Source of the DNA: Escherichia phage vB_EcoM-Sa45lw
Sequence record: MK977694.1
DNA length: 64,000 nt
Reading direction: 5' to 3' (one strand)
This document shows, piece by piece, positions 20,528-31,370 of this stretch. Numbering within the stretch: the stretch's first letter is position 1; every line of letters starts with the position of its first letter. The notes beneath the pieces were generated by a model that was given only the letters and a program-made list of their open reading frames with translations, was not told the origin of the DNA and ran no database searches. The translations under genes were made by a program, and so were the position numbers.

Positions 20528-21987
20528 AAACCAGTTACCTCATGAAAATCGCCAAATACATCTTCGAACGTATTAGCTTTAGTTTTATCTTCACGTAAAC
20601 GAATTGCAATTGGAAGAAATAGCTTAACGTAATCAGTACGTCCATCTAATTTTACCCAGCCGTTGCATTCGCACTCTAGAATTTTTCCAATATAATAATT
20701 TTGGTTTTCCATAATGCGAGTACGATCAAGTTCATGCGATTTTATACCGGCTTTATCTTTTAAGCCTGAACCAGCATTTACTTTAATTTTTCCACACTCT
20801 GATTCAAGAATGAAACCACCTGCTTTAGTAGGGTCTTTACGGTGAGGATAAATTCCTACAATTTTTAAATCAACATCAATTACTTCTTTAAATTTATAAA
20901 GATTTTTTGAACGAGCATTTTCCCATAATCCATCGATATTTTTGAGAATAATACCTTCAAGACCTTGGTCAATATACTTTTTATAAATTACCTTAGCTTC
21001 ATCTAGGTTATTTACTATCTGGTTTTCAATTAAAATTACTTTATCATAGCCTGATGTCATTTGTTCTAGTTTAGAAAAACGTACATCATATTTTAAACGA
21101 AATGCTGGAAGACCATATATTTCTACTAATGGAACATAGTCCCAGACCTGAAACTTCATGCATTGTGCTTCTTTTTCAGAAATGGTTCCCTTTAAAGATT
21201 TATTAGCGATTCCATTAGAAGTAGTACGTGATTCAGCTACTTCGGCGAATTCTTTAGCTTTACTAATTTCAGGATAAGCATCAAAAAGAAAATCTAGGCC
21301 TTCTGGTTCCTTTTCAACTTGCTCATGGTATACCAATTCGCCATCAATTAACACACCTTCTGGATGAATCTGGCGAGCTTCTGCAGTCATTTTGATTAAC
21401 TCTTCCTTGAGAAGATCTAATCCTAGATATTCATTACCAGCTCGTGATAAAAGACGAACATCATCTAATTCATCACCTCTGACTTCAGCAAAGCACCGAG
21501 CTCCATCAGCTTTTAACTGGGCAAAAGCTGGAAATTTGATATTCTTATTAATGCCTTTTTCATCATAAGAACTTGCCAGCATTTGAGGTTGTTCAGGAAT
21601 TAAACCTGGCCAAACTTTGTTTGCAATAGATACTGATGCACCACATTCAAGGTCTCGCATCATCACCCGACGCAAAACTTCAACATCATCTTTTTTACCG
21701 TCAGCAATATATCCAGTTAATTCCTCAATTGCCGCATTTCCGGTCAATTTCCGAGTAGCTAACGTGAATTCAATGAAGTCAAGCATATCGGTAAGAGTCA
21801 ACATTCCAAAACTCTGGGTAGTAATACCCGGTTTAGGCCATTTCTTGATATAATACTGTAACCCACGAGAATAAGTCAGACGATATACTCGTTTAAGCAA
21901 TTCATTATCTTTATTCTTTTCAAGAATTGCTTGCTTCTGCTTAGTTGAACCAATAGATGCTATTTCGTTCAGAATTTTAAGAATCAT
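20524..21987 (-). CDS. 30: ATP-dependent DNA ligase
   Basis: 487 aa; adenylation motif KADGARC; MILKILNEIASIGSTKQKQ matches T4 ligase. Confidence 0.97.
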   Translation of the reverse strand: MILKILNEIASIGSTKQKQAILEKNKDNELLKRVYRLTYSRGLQYYIKKWPKPGITTQSFGMLTLTDMLDFIEFTLATRKLTGNAAIEELTGYIADGKKDDVEVLRRVMMRDLECGASVSIANKVWPGLIPEQPQMLASSYDEKGINKNIKFPAFAQLKADGARCFAEVRGDELDDVRLLSRAGNEYLGLDLLKEELIKMTAEARQIHPEGVLIDGELVYHEQVEKEPEGLDFLFDAYPEISKAKEFAEVAESRTTSNGIANKSLKGTISEKEAQCMKFQVWDYVPLVEIYGLPAFRLKYDVRFSKLEQMTSGYDKVILIENQIVNNLDEAKVIYKKYIDQGLEGIILKNIDGLWENARSKNLYKFKEVIDVDLKIVGIYPHRKDPTKAGGFILESECGKIKVNAGSGLKDKAGIKSHELDRTRIMENQNYYIGKILECECNGWVKLDGRTDYVKLFLPIAIRLREDKTKANTFEDVFGDFHEVTGL

Positions 21988-22253
21988 TGTTCATCCTTTA
22001 GAGTTTGGTTTACAGCTCTATTATAAATCAATTCATCATTAAGCTCAGTCAAAGACCTGTGATACGTGGTTCTAACTTTATTTCCTTGCATCCAGTGCTT
22101 GACGTAAATGAAACCTTGCTCTACACATTTTTTAAAAATTCGTTCGTCTTTTTGAGCTCGGAATTCTGGATTGCATCTAAAAAATTGATTTACGTGACCG
22201 TAATCACGTGTAGTATTACCTTCATTTTCATAAATAGTGTGAACAACAAACAT
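21984..22253 (-). CDS. Hypothetical protein (30.1 position)
   Basis: 89 aa ORF, synteny. Confidence 0.55.
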   Translation of the reverse strand: MFVVHTIYENEGNTTRDYGHVNQFFRCNPEFRAQKDERIFKKCVEQGFIYVKHWMQGNKVRTTYHRSLTELNDELIYNRAVNQTLKDEQ

Positions 22254-23089
22254 TAGAATGCTCCTTGGAAAATATTATCACCGCTAGTAGGTCTATTATA
22301 CAAATACTCTATGCCACCAGGTTTAATATAGTTCCATGTCTGAAACGGATGCGTCTGATATGGATGATATAGATTATAAGGATTAAATCCAGGAGTTCTC
22401 CAGGTAGTGTTCCAAGGAAAAGAATCGTTTTTAATCATCTTTTCAATTACATCTTTTATAGCTTTTTCACTATCAAAACTTTCTTTATTTTCCTTCGATG
22501 GAAAAAGCTTATTCTCTACATCATTCCATGTATAAACTCGCTGTGCAGTTTTTGGAATACTGTCACGCTCCCCTCGAGCCATCCAATAAACAGGAACATT
22601 TAATATTTCACTCGCGTGATCGCAGTGGTGAGCGAGATCGTCAATATAACAAATTACGTTATATTTCTCTTTTGCCTTTTTGAACAACTCTTCTTTTGAA
22701 GAATCATGACCACACATCAATACTTCTGAGAAGGCACCAGGAAAAAGAGCATTCAAATTAAATTGACGATTCAGCAGAGCGTCAATAGAATCACCCAATG
22801 CTGTAACAGCTACAAAATTATAATCTTCTTTTAATTTGTTAATTACACATAGAGCATCTTTATATGGAGACAAATAACGAATAAAATCTGAACGATTATA
22901 CTTTTCGATTAATTTAACACCAAGTTCTTCATCGCAATTAAAGAGCTTACCAGGAGAAATAAATTTTTCGTCCTGAATCATTTTTAAAATATGTTCTAAT
23001 GGAAGATTATATTTTTGGGCAAAATAAGGAAGACCTGATTGCCAGCTTAAACATACACCATCAATATCAGTCAAAATAGTAGGCTTCAT
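22253..23089 (-). CDS. HAD-superfamily hydrolase-like protein (30.2 position)
   Basis: 278 aa; N-terminal HAD motif I ILTDIDGV. Confidence 0.65.
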   Translation of the reverse strand: MKPTILTDIDGVCLSWQSGLPYFAQKYNLPLEHILKMIQDEKFISPGKLFNCDEELGVKLIEKYNRSDFIRYLSPYKDALCVINKLKEDYNFVAVTALGDSIDALLNRQFNLNALFPGAFSEVLMCGHDSSKEELFKKAKEKYNVICYIDDLAHHCDHASEILNVPVYWMARGERDSIPKTAQRVYTWNDVENKLFPSKENKESFDSEKAIKDVIEKMIKNDSFPWNTTWRTPGFNPYNLYHPYQTHPFQTWNYIKPGGIEYLYNRPTSGDNIFQGAF

Positions 23090-23550
23090 AGAGAGTCTCT
23101 TAATAGGTTTAACACATCAATAAATTCAGCTTCGGTTAGTATTGTATCATCTTTTGTTAGACCACTAGCCATGCTGTGCTTCAAAACTTTTCCTTTCGAG
23201 GCTTGTAATGCATCACGAAAGCCCTTGTTTTGGATCGCTGCTTCAAAATATGCATTTGTGTATAATTCTTTCCACGCCGGGGAGTATCTTGAAAACGGAA
23301 CTCCAAGCCAGAAGAGGGTCCCACGGTCCTGAGCTCTAGCATAAGACCTTCCAGCTTGTTGGGCGGCAAGCCCGGATAACCCAAATATACGACGTTGTTG
23401 TTCAACATTTTTCACCTTGCATCCTTGGAGGAATCCTTCAAGACCTCCAAATTGAATACCATCCATAACGAAAGGCCATTGGGCGAAATTACTTAATGCA
23501 CATGATGGCCACCTAAAATTGCTTCTAATCTCTAACTCAGACATTTTCAA
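23086..23550 (-). CDS. Hypothetical protein (30.3 position)
   Basis: 154 aa ORF. Confidence 0.55.
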   Translation of the reverse strand: MKMSELEIRSNFRWPSCALSNFAQWPFVMDGIQFGGLEGFLQGCKVKNVEQQRRIFGLSGLAAQQAGRSYARAQDRGTLFWLGVPFSRYSPAWKELYTNAYFEAAIQNKGFRDALQASKGKVLKHSMASGLTKDDTILTEAEFIDVLNLLRDSL

Positions 23551-23743
23551 TGCTTATAATTTCAACATCAGCCCAATGACCATAGCAAGGAAGACGAAAT
23601 TCAACTGGCCAGTTAGGGTCCTTTTCTAATATAATAGACTCAACTCGTGGTTCTTCATGTTCATCAGTATATGGATTTTTATCTGTTACTTTATATGTGA
23701 CCTTAATGTACTGAATTCCAAAAATCTTATTAATTATATTCAT
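23537..23743 (-). CDS. Hypothetical protein
   Basis: 68 aa ORF. Confidence 0.45.
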   Translation of the reverse strand: MNIINKIFGIQYIKVTYKVTDKNPYTDEHEEPRVESIILEKDPNWPVEFRLPCYGHWADVEIISIENV

Positions 23744-23937
23744 ACTAATTCCTTTAATCCGTAAATAGGAGATAATTCATCACCCATGCGAAGGTCTTCA
23801 TTTCCATCTACCCAAGAAACAATATAAGCCTCTTTTATTTGAATACCACTCCATTTAAATGGAGGTAGAACCTTAGAAATTAATCCAGGTATACCAACTC
23901 CCTTTAATTCAACAGTTTGACCTAAAAAGAATTTCAT
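23740..23937 (-). CDS. Hypothetical protein
   Basis: 65 aa ORF. Confidence 0.45.
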   Translation of the reverse strand: MKFFLGQTVELKGVGIPGLISKVLPPFKWSGIQIKEAYIVSWVDGNEDLRMGDELSPIYGLKELV

Positions 23938-24224
23938 TAGAACCTCATCTGAAAGCCGTGTGATTTAACATTACCGCCGCCAATATCAGAAATATTAATT
24001 TCACGCGCAATTGAAGGGTCAATGTCAATTTCACGATTAAGTTTAGCTATAGCTAAAGTATCACGCCCATTTACTGTACGGAATTCTAAAGGACAAACCA
24101 CATCAACATAATTTTTAATCGATTCACTGGTAGGTTGCAAATGAGCAGGAAGGTCTTTAGGCGCCTTAGAGAAAACAACTTCACAGAAATTTTTGCGGGT
24201 ATCAAAATAAGTAGTCATAAACAT
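23937..24224 (-). CDS. Hypothetical protein
   Basis: Start moved to ATG at 24224 (SD GAGGA 7 nt upstream); the longer ORF-track start would read through a GC hairpin. Confidence 0.5.
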   Translation of the reverse strand: MFMTTYFDTRKNFCEVVFSKAPKDLPAHLQPTSESIKNYVDVVCPLEFRTVNGRDTLAIAKLNREIDIDPSIAREINISDIGGGNVKSHGFQMRF

Positions 24225-24264
24225 AGTATTTTCCTCAGTAAGGGGCCGAAGCCCCTGTTTTATT

Positions 24265-24630
24265 TTAAATATCAAATTCGTTAAGAACTACATCAAAGAT
24301 TGCTTCAAGATGCTCAGGTTTAGCTCTGTTACTCAAAATATGACGAATCCAAGTTTTAACCAGAAGCTTACGATTAGCGCCATTCCAGCAAGGATGGGTC
24401 CCTAAATCGCGTTGACGAAAATCATCATCCAGAGCGATTTTGAAGTTTGAACCTTCCATTGTGATTGAAACCGTGATGCCATTTTCAAATCGCATATAAA
24501 CGTAGTTAGGAGTCATATACTGTTCAATTTCGCATACTGATCCATTTTGATGTTTCCAAAGGCAAATAGTATCAATAGAACCTGCAATACCATTAGAAAC
24601 ATATTTACGTTCAAAGTTGATGTAGTTCAT
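24265..24630 (-). CDS. Hypothetical protein
   Basis: 121 aa ORF, early promoter upstream. Confidence 0.55.
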   Translation of the reverse strand: MNYINFERKYVSNGIAGSIDTICLWKHQNGSVCEIEQYMTPNYVYMRFENGITVSITMEGSNFKIALDDDFRQRDLGTHPCWNGANRKLLVKTWIRHILSNRAKPEHLEAIFDVVLNEFDI

Positions 24631-24667
24631 TTTTATTCTCCGAGATGTTTAATTGCGGTACAGGTAT

Positions 24668-24696
24668 ATAATATCATATCCTGTACCAAAGTAAAC
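24668..24696 (-). promoter_or_regulatory. Early promoter (GTTTAC, 17 bp, TATTAT)
   Basis: Hexamers on - strand; -10 embedded in the 8 bp inverted repeat GGTACAGG/CCTGTACC. Confidence 0.55.
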
Positions 24697-24698
24697 AA

Positions 24699-25031
24699 TT
24701 ATTTTACTACTTTCCAGTGCTTCATGTCAAGTTTACCAACTTTTTTCATCTTCTCAATCAAACGTTCGGCACGTTGGCGAGCTGTAACATAATACCATTC
24801 GCCTAATTCATTTTGTTCAATTTTTCCAACGATTACTGTATTCAATTCATAAATCCAACCAGTAAAGAAATTATGAACTTGAATTGTAAAGGTGAAATCT
24901 GTTCCCATACCTTCTGTTGTTTCTACTTCAATAATATCACCTTCAATTGCCATTAAGAACCACATAGTTTCATCATATTTACCATTGAAGCATTTAGTCT
25001 TAACTGCAGCGTTCAGATTAATCGTTTTCAT
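24699..25031 (-). CDS. Hypothetical protein
   Basis: 110 aa ORF. Confidence 0.55.
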   Translation of the reverse strand: MKTINLNAAVKTKCFNGKYDETMWFLMAIEGDIIEVETTEGMGTDFTFTIQVHNFFTGWIYELNTVIVGKIEQNELGEWYYVTARQRAERLIEKMKKVGKLDMKHWKVVK

Positions 25032-25058
25032 TTTATTCTCCTTTGTTTGTGTAAGATA

Positions 25059-25088
25059 ATACTATCACAAAGGAACCATACTGTAAAC
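25059..25088 (-). promoter_or_regulatory. Early promoter (GTTTACA, 17 bp, TAGTAT)
   Basis: Hexamers on - strand upstream of ORF 24699-25031. Confidence 0.5.
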
Positions 25089-25117
25089 AACTTTATGCAA
25101 TCTTTGGAAAATAAAAA

Positions 25118-25138
25118 AGGACTCCCGAAGGAGTCCTT
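25118..25138 (-). terminator. Rho-independent terminator
   Basis: AAGGACTCC-ttcg-GGAGTCCTT followed by TTTTTTATTTT on - strand. Confidence 0.75.
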
Positions 25139-25141
25139 AAC

Positions 25142-25318
25142 TTATGCTTTCTGCTTACCAAAACGAGAAGCATCATCTCGAAGAACCGCACGTGCTCGGC
25201 GCATGATCTTCTCAACAGTTTGATTGATACGAGAGTTCGACCCACGCTTGTAGCCAGCGCGTTTAGAATCACCAACTTTCTTTTCAACTGCTTTCTTTGC
25301 TTTAGCTTGTTTTGCCAT
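25142..25318 (-). CDS. Small basic protein (30.9 position)
   Basis: MAKQAKAKKAVEKK...; start choice uncertain (alternative 25360). Confidence 0.45.
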   Translation of the reverse strand: MAKQAKAKKAVEKKVGDSKRAGYKRGSNSRINQTVEKIMRRARAVLRDDASRFGKQKA

Positions 25319-25561
25319 TATAAATTCTCTTTTAAATGAAAATGCAGGACTTATTGGCATTGCCTGCGCAAGCCCTCAAGGGGAACATAGGTTTTGGATA
25401 TTTAACGACAGGATAACCATAAACCCGTCATCATTCACATTCAAGAGGTACACCATAAAACTGCCGGGATCTTAAAACTATAATGATTCGCAAATCATTA
25501 ATCAGACAGTTCGATGGCTCCTCGATTTTAGCTCACACTAAGGCAGTGAATCTCCAATAAA

Positions 25562-25810
25562 TTACTTCAGTGTTACCACAAAGTGACGAACTGCTTTTCG
25601 TGCAGCAGAAGCCAGAGGCTTAGCATACTTAAGTTCATCTTTTTCCTGAAGCTCAGCAGCTAATGCAGTTTGAGCAGGATTCAGATGTTTGAAATAACGC
25701 AGGATTTCAAGAGCTTCGGCTTCAACATCAATAGATGCGCCATAGTTTTCGTGACCATTATTCCATGCGTTTCGTTGCAGTTCAAGAGCGTGTTGTAATT
25801 GTTTAATCAT
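25562..25810 (-). CDS. rIII: rIII lysis-inhibition accessory protein
   Basis: 82 aa; MIKQLQHALELQRNAWNNGHENYG matches T4 RIII. Confidence 0.9.
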   Translation of the reverse strand: MIKQLQHALELQRNAWNNGHENYGASIDVEAEALEILRYFKHLNPAQTALAAELQEKDELKYAKPLASAARKAVRHFVVTLK

Positions 25811-25949
25811 TTAAAAATTCTCGTTAGAGATTAAAACTCGGTAGTCACGTTCTTCTGAATTTCATCTTCTTTCGACAGATCTCTCAGTTGTAGACTACCA
25901 CATAGAATTGTTCGGTTAACTTATTATTCCGACACCCAATTCATATTAT

Positions 25950-25957
25950 TATTTATA
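25950..25957 (-). promoter_or_regulatory. Candidate late promoter (TATAAATA, - strand) upstream of rIII
   Basis: Plus TATTTATA immediately after the gene 31 stop. Confidence 0.4.
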
Positions 25958-26293
25958 TCACTTATAAAGACACGGAATAGCTTTATAGTGACAAGTAACG
26001 AATTTTTGTTTAATTTCTTTTGGCTGCTTAAGACCCAGAGCTACAAAAGGATGCGGAACATTTCGAATTTGACCAACTGGAAGAGAAGTCAAATCACCAA
26101 CTTCGCAGAAACCTTCAGGAACATCAGGACCGACAGAGTGAACTACACACAGTTCAGGAACTTCACCTTGAACACGTTTACCGATAATAAGTCCTGATTC
26201 TGTAACTTCTTCATCACCGGCTTGTGCGGGTTCAGAAACTAAAATAACATATTCACCGACAGCACGAATTGGTAACTGTTGTACTTCAGACAT
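25958..26293 (-). CDS. 31: Co-chaperonin gp31 (GroES analogue)
   Basis: 111 aa; [26 protein letters not shown] matches T4 gp31. Confidence 0.95.
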
Positions 26294-26349
26294 CGTTTTT
26301 CCTTTTTGTTAACAGATGAATTAATAATAACAAATAATTCTTAAAGCAT

Positions 26350-26658
26350 TTATTTACCAATAAATTGGAGTAAATGCTCAACTTTCATACCATTAACAGA
26401 AATCAATTTGTCAATAGAAAAACCTCGCCACTCGCCAAGCTCAACATCAAATACTGGAATCATGTCAGTAGATTCTTTCCGAGTAGATTCAGTCAATTTA
26501 CCAGTTTGCATAGTTGGCATAAAGTCTGCATCACGCGTACCTTTCATAGTACGAATAGTACCATCAGACTTTTCAAAAACTACGTTTGAAACACCCATGG
26601 ACAGTTTAGTTTTCAAAATTTCACGAATTGCTACTTTCTGCTCAGTTGTCAGTTTCAT
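26350..26658 (-). CDS. Hypothetical protein (31.1 position)
   Basis: 102 aa ORF. Confidence 0.55.
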   Translation of the reverse strand: MKLTTEQKVAIREILKTKLSMGVSNVVFEKSDGTIRTMKGTRDADFMPTMQTGKLTESTRKESTDMIPVFDVELGEWRGFSIDKLISVNGMKVEHLLQFIGK

Positions 26659-26895
26659 TTATTTACCTATCACAGTTTTAATATGAGTTGTTCCACGTTC
26701 TTTAAGGGTGGAAAGTAATTTTTGGCATTTTTCTAAATCAGATTTCCAACTATATGGTCTATCAATACTAGTCCAATCAGTTTTATAATACTGTTTCCAT
26801 TTAGAGAAAAAATATTTCTTATACTCTACAGCAAACGAGATGTTCTCGTTAGAATAAGAACTAATTGCTGTAAGCTTTACCAAACGAAATTTCAT
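26659..26895 (-). CDS. Hypothetical protein (31.2 position)
   Basis: 78 aa ORF. Confidence 0.5.
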   Translation of the reverse strand: MKFRLVKLTAISSYSNENISFAVEYKKYFFSKWKQYYKTDWTSIDRPYSWKSDLEKCQKLLSTLKERGTTHIKTVIGK

Positions 26896-27476
26896 TATTC
26901 ACCACAGAATTCGTTGATATTTTCCCAGTTTAACTTATTCAAGTTTTTCTTAGGAACATTAAACACTTCAATACCTGCATTTCGCAGAATATCATCCCAG
27001 CCAGGTTTATTTTTATCGTATGTTTCGCAATAAACCAGTTTTTTAATACCAGATTGAGCTATCGCTTTTGCACAATCTGGACAAGGAGAAAGTGTTACAT
27101 ACATAGTAGCACCTTCAATAGAAGAACCATTTCGTGCAGCAAACAAAATTGCATTTAGTTCAGCATGAATTTCATTTTTAGACGACCATTCAGAGTGAGC
27201 ACTACGATGTTCTTTAGCCAAGACAAAGCGATCAGTTGAACCAAATGATACGCATTCAGGTTTATGGCCTTGAATGATAGTGTGTTTAGGCTTATTCAAC
27301 AACCAACCTTGCTCAGCAGCATAATCACAACAGTTCACACCACCAGCAGGTGAACCATTATATCCGGTAGAAATAATACGTCCATTCTTTTCAATTACTG
27401 CTCCTACCTTCCAGGAGCAACATTTTGATTCCTGCGATACTAAATATGCAATTTGAAGTACTGTACTCGCTTTCAT
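26895..27476 (-). CDS. cd: dCMP deaminase
   Basis: 193 aa; zinc-binding deaminase motifs HAELNA and PCPDC. Confidence 0.95.
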   Translation of the reverse strand: MKASTVLQIAYLVSQESKCCSWKVGAVIEKNGRIISTGYNGSPAGGVNCCDYAAEQGWLLNKPKHTIIQGHKPECVSFGSTDRFVLAKEHRSAHSEWSSKNEIHAELNAILFAARNGSSIEGATMYVTLSPCPDCAKAIAQSGIKKLVYCETYDKNKPGWDDILRNAGIEVFNVPKKNLNKLNWENINEFCGE

Positions 27477-27811
27477 TTCATAATCACCAGATAAGCAGAT
27501 TTAGCAGTTTCAACACGATAAATTTCGTGACGAAGTTTAGTTATACTTTTAATAACAGAACTAATTATATTCTGCCCATCTTTAAAGCGGTTTTTCTTAT
27601 CAATAAAAATTGCACCAACCATCTTTTTGTGAAGCTCAACTGGATACTTCGTCACAATAATAGCATCATACACAGAAGGATGAATACTATTCACTAGAGT
27701 GTCATTCATTAAAGTTATTCTAATGAACTGAGCTGTTTCAGAGTCAAGCGCTCTATGATCGCCAGTATCATTTTCAAGACAATTATCAATTATATCAGTT
27801 AAATTCATCAT
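27473..27811 (-). CDS. Hypothetical protein (cd.1 position)
   Basis: 112 aa ORF. Confidence 0.5.
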   Translation of the reverse strand: MMNLTDIIDNCLENDTGDHRALDSETAQFIRITLMNDTLVNSIHPSVYDAIIVTKYPVELHKKMVGAIFIDKKNRFKDGQNIISSVIKSITKLRHEIYRVETAKSAYLVIMK

Positions 27812-28044
27812 AGTACGCCATACACCCTTTGTGCTTCAACTAATCCATCAAAATCCAATTTGAGATGTGTTATTTGGTCACCATCACCTGGATTCACAAT
27901 TACTAATACTGAACGAGGAGTTTCTGTAATAACACGAACCGATGTTTCTGGAAATCGTTCAGAAACCTTATTTACCAATTCTTGAGCAAATAGTTTAACT
28001 TTTTCTTGGAATTCTTTAACAGTAATTGGTTTTTCGCTTAGCAT
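27808..28044 (-). CDS. Hypothetical protein
   Basis: 78 aa ORF. Confidence 0.5.
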   Translation of the reverse strand: MLSEKPITVKEFQEKVKLFAQELVNKVSERFPETSVRVITETPRSVLVIVNPGDGDQITHLKLDFDGLVEAQRVYGVL

Positions 28045-28565
28045 GTTGATCCTAGCTCCTTACTTTCAACGTTTTTAACTAATTTGACAGAAACTAATTC
28101 AGCATCTTGGGTAATCATTACCGGGCCTTCTTCATACTCTTCAAGATATTCTAGAGCTTTGTTTTTAGCTTCTTCCTTCGTATCAGTTTGAGCATAGATA
28201 TAGAACATACAACCAGTAATACCTACTACTTTCCACTTAATTTCTTTATCAGTTTTAATTTCAAATTTACTGACAGAATCATCTTTTTGAACTTCTTCGA
28301 AAAAAGAATATTCTAACATATAAGTAATTGAAAATAACGGGCTAACTTTATAGGATTCGCCCATTACATCAACAGCTTTATACCAACAGTCATCAATTTC
28401 GCGTTTAATGCTAATAACATTTTTCGCAGGATCTATTTTTACTTTAAATGAATTTTCCCCAATAAACTGGGCAATTCGTTTATTAGCCCCGCAAGTTTCA
28501 TTAAAAATATCTTTATACCCAGTTTTAAAGCGATAAACCTTATCTTCTTCAAACCATTCGCTCAT
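28038..28565 (-). CDS. Hypothetical protein
   Basis: 175 aa ORF; SD GAGGA; early promoter upstream. Confidence 0.55.
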   Translation of the reverse strand: MSEWFEEDKVYRFKTGYKDIFNETCGANKRIAQFIGENSFKVKIDPAKNVISIKREIDDCWYKAVDVMGESYKVSPLFSITYMLEYSFFEEVQKDDSVSKFEIKTDKEIKWKVVGITGCMFYIYAQTDTKEEAKNKALEYLEEYEEGPVMITQDAELVSVKLVKNVESKELGSTC

Positions 28566-28595
28566 TTCAATTTCCTCGTTTGTTTTGGTAGAGCT

Positions 28596-28625
28596 ATAAT
28601 ATCACAACTCTACCGTAAAGTAAAC
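28596..28625 (-). promoter_or_regulatory. Early promoter (GTTTAC, 18 bp, TATTAT)
   Basis: -10 flanked by 7 bp inverted repeat GGTAGAG/CTCTACC. Confidence 0.5.
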
Positions 28626-28627
28626 TA

Positions 28628-28903
28628 TTAAATTGCTTTGAATTCTGATGTCTGTGATTCAAAACGAATGTCGCCTTTGATAACTAGCTCAGCATCAAGA
28701 CCGAATACAACAATGATATGCGCGGAACCTGGATACAACGTGATGGCAACAGAATCCACCTGGTCTGGAAGCAAAGTGTTCAATACATGAGTCACTTGAG
28801 CATGAATTCGAAGCTCGGCTGCGTTATCAAGCTTTTCAAACATATTATTAGCGATAATTTGACTAAACACTACTTCTACAATTTTAGAATAAGTCGGAAA
28901 CAT
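28628..28903 (-). CDS. Hypothetical protein
   Basis: Start at ATG 28903 with GAGG SD (91 aa). Confidence 0.5.
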   Translation of the reverse strand: MFPTYSKIVEVVFSQIIANNMFEKLDNAAELRIHAQVTHVLNTLLPDQVDSVAITLYPGSAHIIVVFGLDAELVIKGDIRFESQTSEFKAI

Positions 28904-28905
28904 AT

Positions 28906-29106
28906 TTACCTCACATAATTTTCTTCGAGCCAATCAATAACATCCAACGCATTATCAAAAGTTGAACCATCTACTTTGTCTTCTGTTTCATAATCAAGAA
29001 CATCTAAGCCTAATCTTCCGTTAACAATAGGCCATAAACAAAATAGATATTTCTTTTCTTTTTCAATTTTATCACAAAGACGATAAATCTTTTCTATGTT
29101 ATTCAT
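28906..29106 (-). CDS. Hypothetical protein
   Basis: 66 aa ORF. Confidence 0.45.
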   Translation of the reverse strand: MNNIEKIYRLCDKIEKEKKYLFCLWPIVNGRLGLDVLDYETEDKVDGSTFDNALDVIDWLEENYVR

Positions 29107-29292
29107 AAGTTTTCCATGGTAAAGGCAGTTTAGTTTTCTTTACTGTTAGTTCAACATCAGGATTCTTTTCTCTTAATTTAAGGCATTCCTCCCAAGCTCT
29201 GATTTCACTAGTGAATACACAAAATTGCCCATTACTAGTACCGACTAAACCACTATTTACAATAATAGCCCAAGTTTCATGATGCCACGCCA

Positions 29293-29293
<1 letters not shown>
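29099..29293 (-). CDS. Hypothetical protein
   Basis: 64 aa ORF. Confidence 0.45.
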
Positions 29294-30493
<1,200 letters not shown>

Positions 30494-30497
<4 letters not shown>

Positions 30498-30724
30498 TTA
30501 TTTTTCTCAACCAATGATTGAATATAATCATGCAGGTCTTTAGATGCTTTACCCCACTTATTTTGATATTCATTTTTGAGATTAGCGCGTGATTGAGCTA
30601 ATAAAACATCATTAGTTGGAGGTAAAGATTCTAATCGTTGAATCTGTCGTCCATAAATCATTGCAGCCATCTCGGATTCATAAATTAATCCTTTTAGATG
30701 TTCAAATTGATACCATGAAATCAT
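30494..30724 (-). CDS. Hypothetical protein
   Basis: 76 aa ORF. Confidence 0.5.
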
Positions 30725-31020
30725 TTACATTTATCCTCTTTTAGCTCTTGACGATAATAACATATCATAGTTTTCTGGTCATGTACATATCGTTTTACAT
30801 CATTAAGCCAAATACGAAATTCCTGAGAATCTTCAAATGGCATACCTACCCAAGCTTTACCATCAATAACTTTAACTTGCCAAGATAGTTTAGCTTCGTC
30901 ATATGACTTTATTTGCACAGGCCAATTAGGATGAACTGTTTCTTTCTTTACTTCTAGAGGCTTTGTCGAACAACCAACTAGAAGACCAATAGATAATATT
31001 ACTGCAGATAATTTAATCAT
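30721..31020 (-). CDS. pseT.2: Outer-membrane spanin lipoprotein (Rz1 equivalent)
   Basis: 99 aa; lipoprotein signal MIKLSAVILSIGLLVGC with lipobox LVGC; follows the i-spanin gene. Confidence 0.7.
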   Translation of the reverse strand: MIKLSAVILSIGLLVGCSTKPLEVKKETVHPNWPVQIKSYDEAKLSWQVKVIDGKAWVGMPFEDSQEFRIWLNDVKRYVHDQKTMICYYRQELKEDKCK

Positions 31021-31370
31021 TTAGAAAGGTCCTGGATGTCTTCTGCGAACTTGTTGAAGGAGTTGTTGATTTGTTTTTCAACCAATCCTGGCTTACGAGC
31101 CACCACATCCGCCTTCTTTGCATCTTTGCGCAGTTTTTCATTTTCACGCTCAATAGCAGCAATCGCCTCACGATTTTTATTATTCATCGCATCAATATAA
31201 TTATACTGAATTCGCAAATTATTTAATGCTAAGGCGTTTTCATTGGCCGTTTTTGTAATTTCTACAACAGACGTTTCTAATCTTTCAATTTTATTTTTTA
31301 AAATTAAAGAAGTTCCGCCTAATGCAATTACAATTAATAGCAAACCTGCTGTCGTATTACTTAATTGCAT
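31017..31370 (-). CDS. pseT.3: Inner-membrane spanin (Rz equivalent)
   Basis: 117 aa; N-terminal TM helix GLLLIVIALGGTSLIL then coiled-coil periplasmic region. Confidence 0.7.
   Translation of the reverse strand: MQLSNTTAGLLLIVIALGGTSLILKNKIERLETSVVEITKTANENALALNNLRIQYNYIDAMNNKNREAIAAIERENEKLRKDAKKADVVARKPGLVEKQINNSFNKFAEDIQDLSK

Noticed and set aside
24242-24255. GGGGC-cgaa-GCCCC hairpin as a - strand terminator
   Set aside because: The T-run is on the + strand side only; on the early (-) strand it is not followed by U-run, so it is more likely an RNA stability element or antisense terminator. It also lies inside the long version of the ORF-track frame, which is why the start of that gene was moved to 24224.
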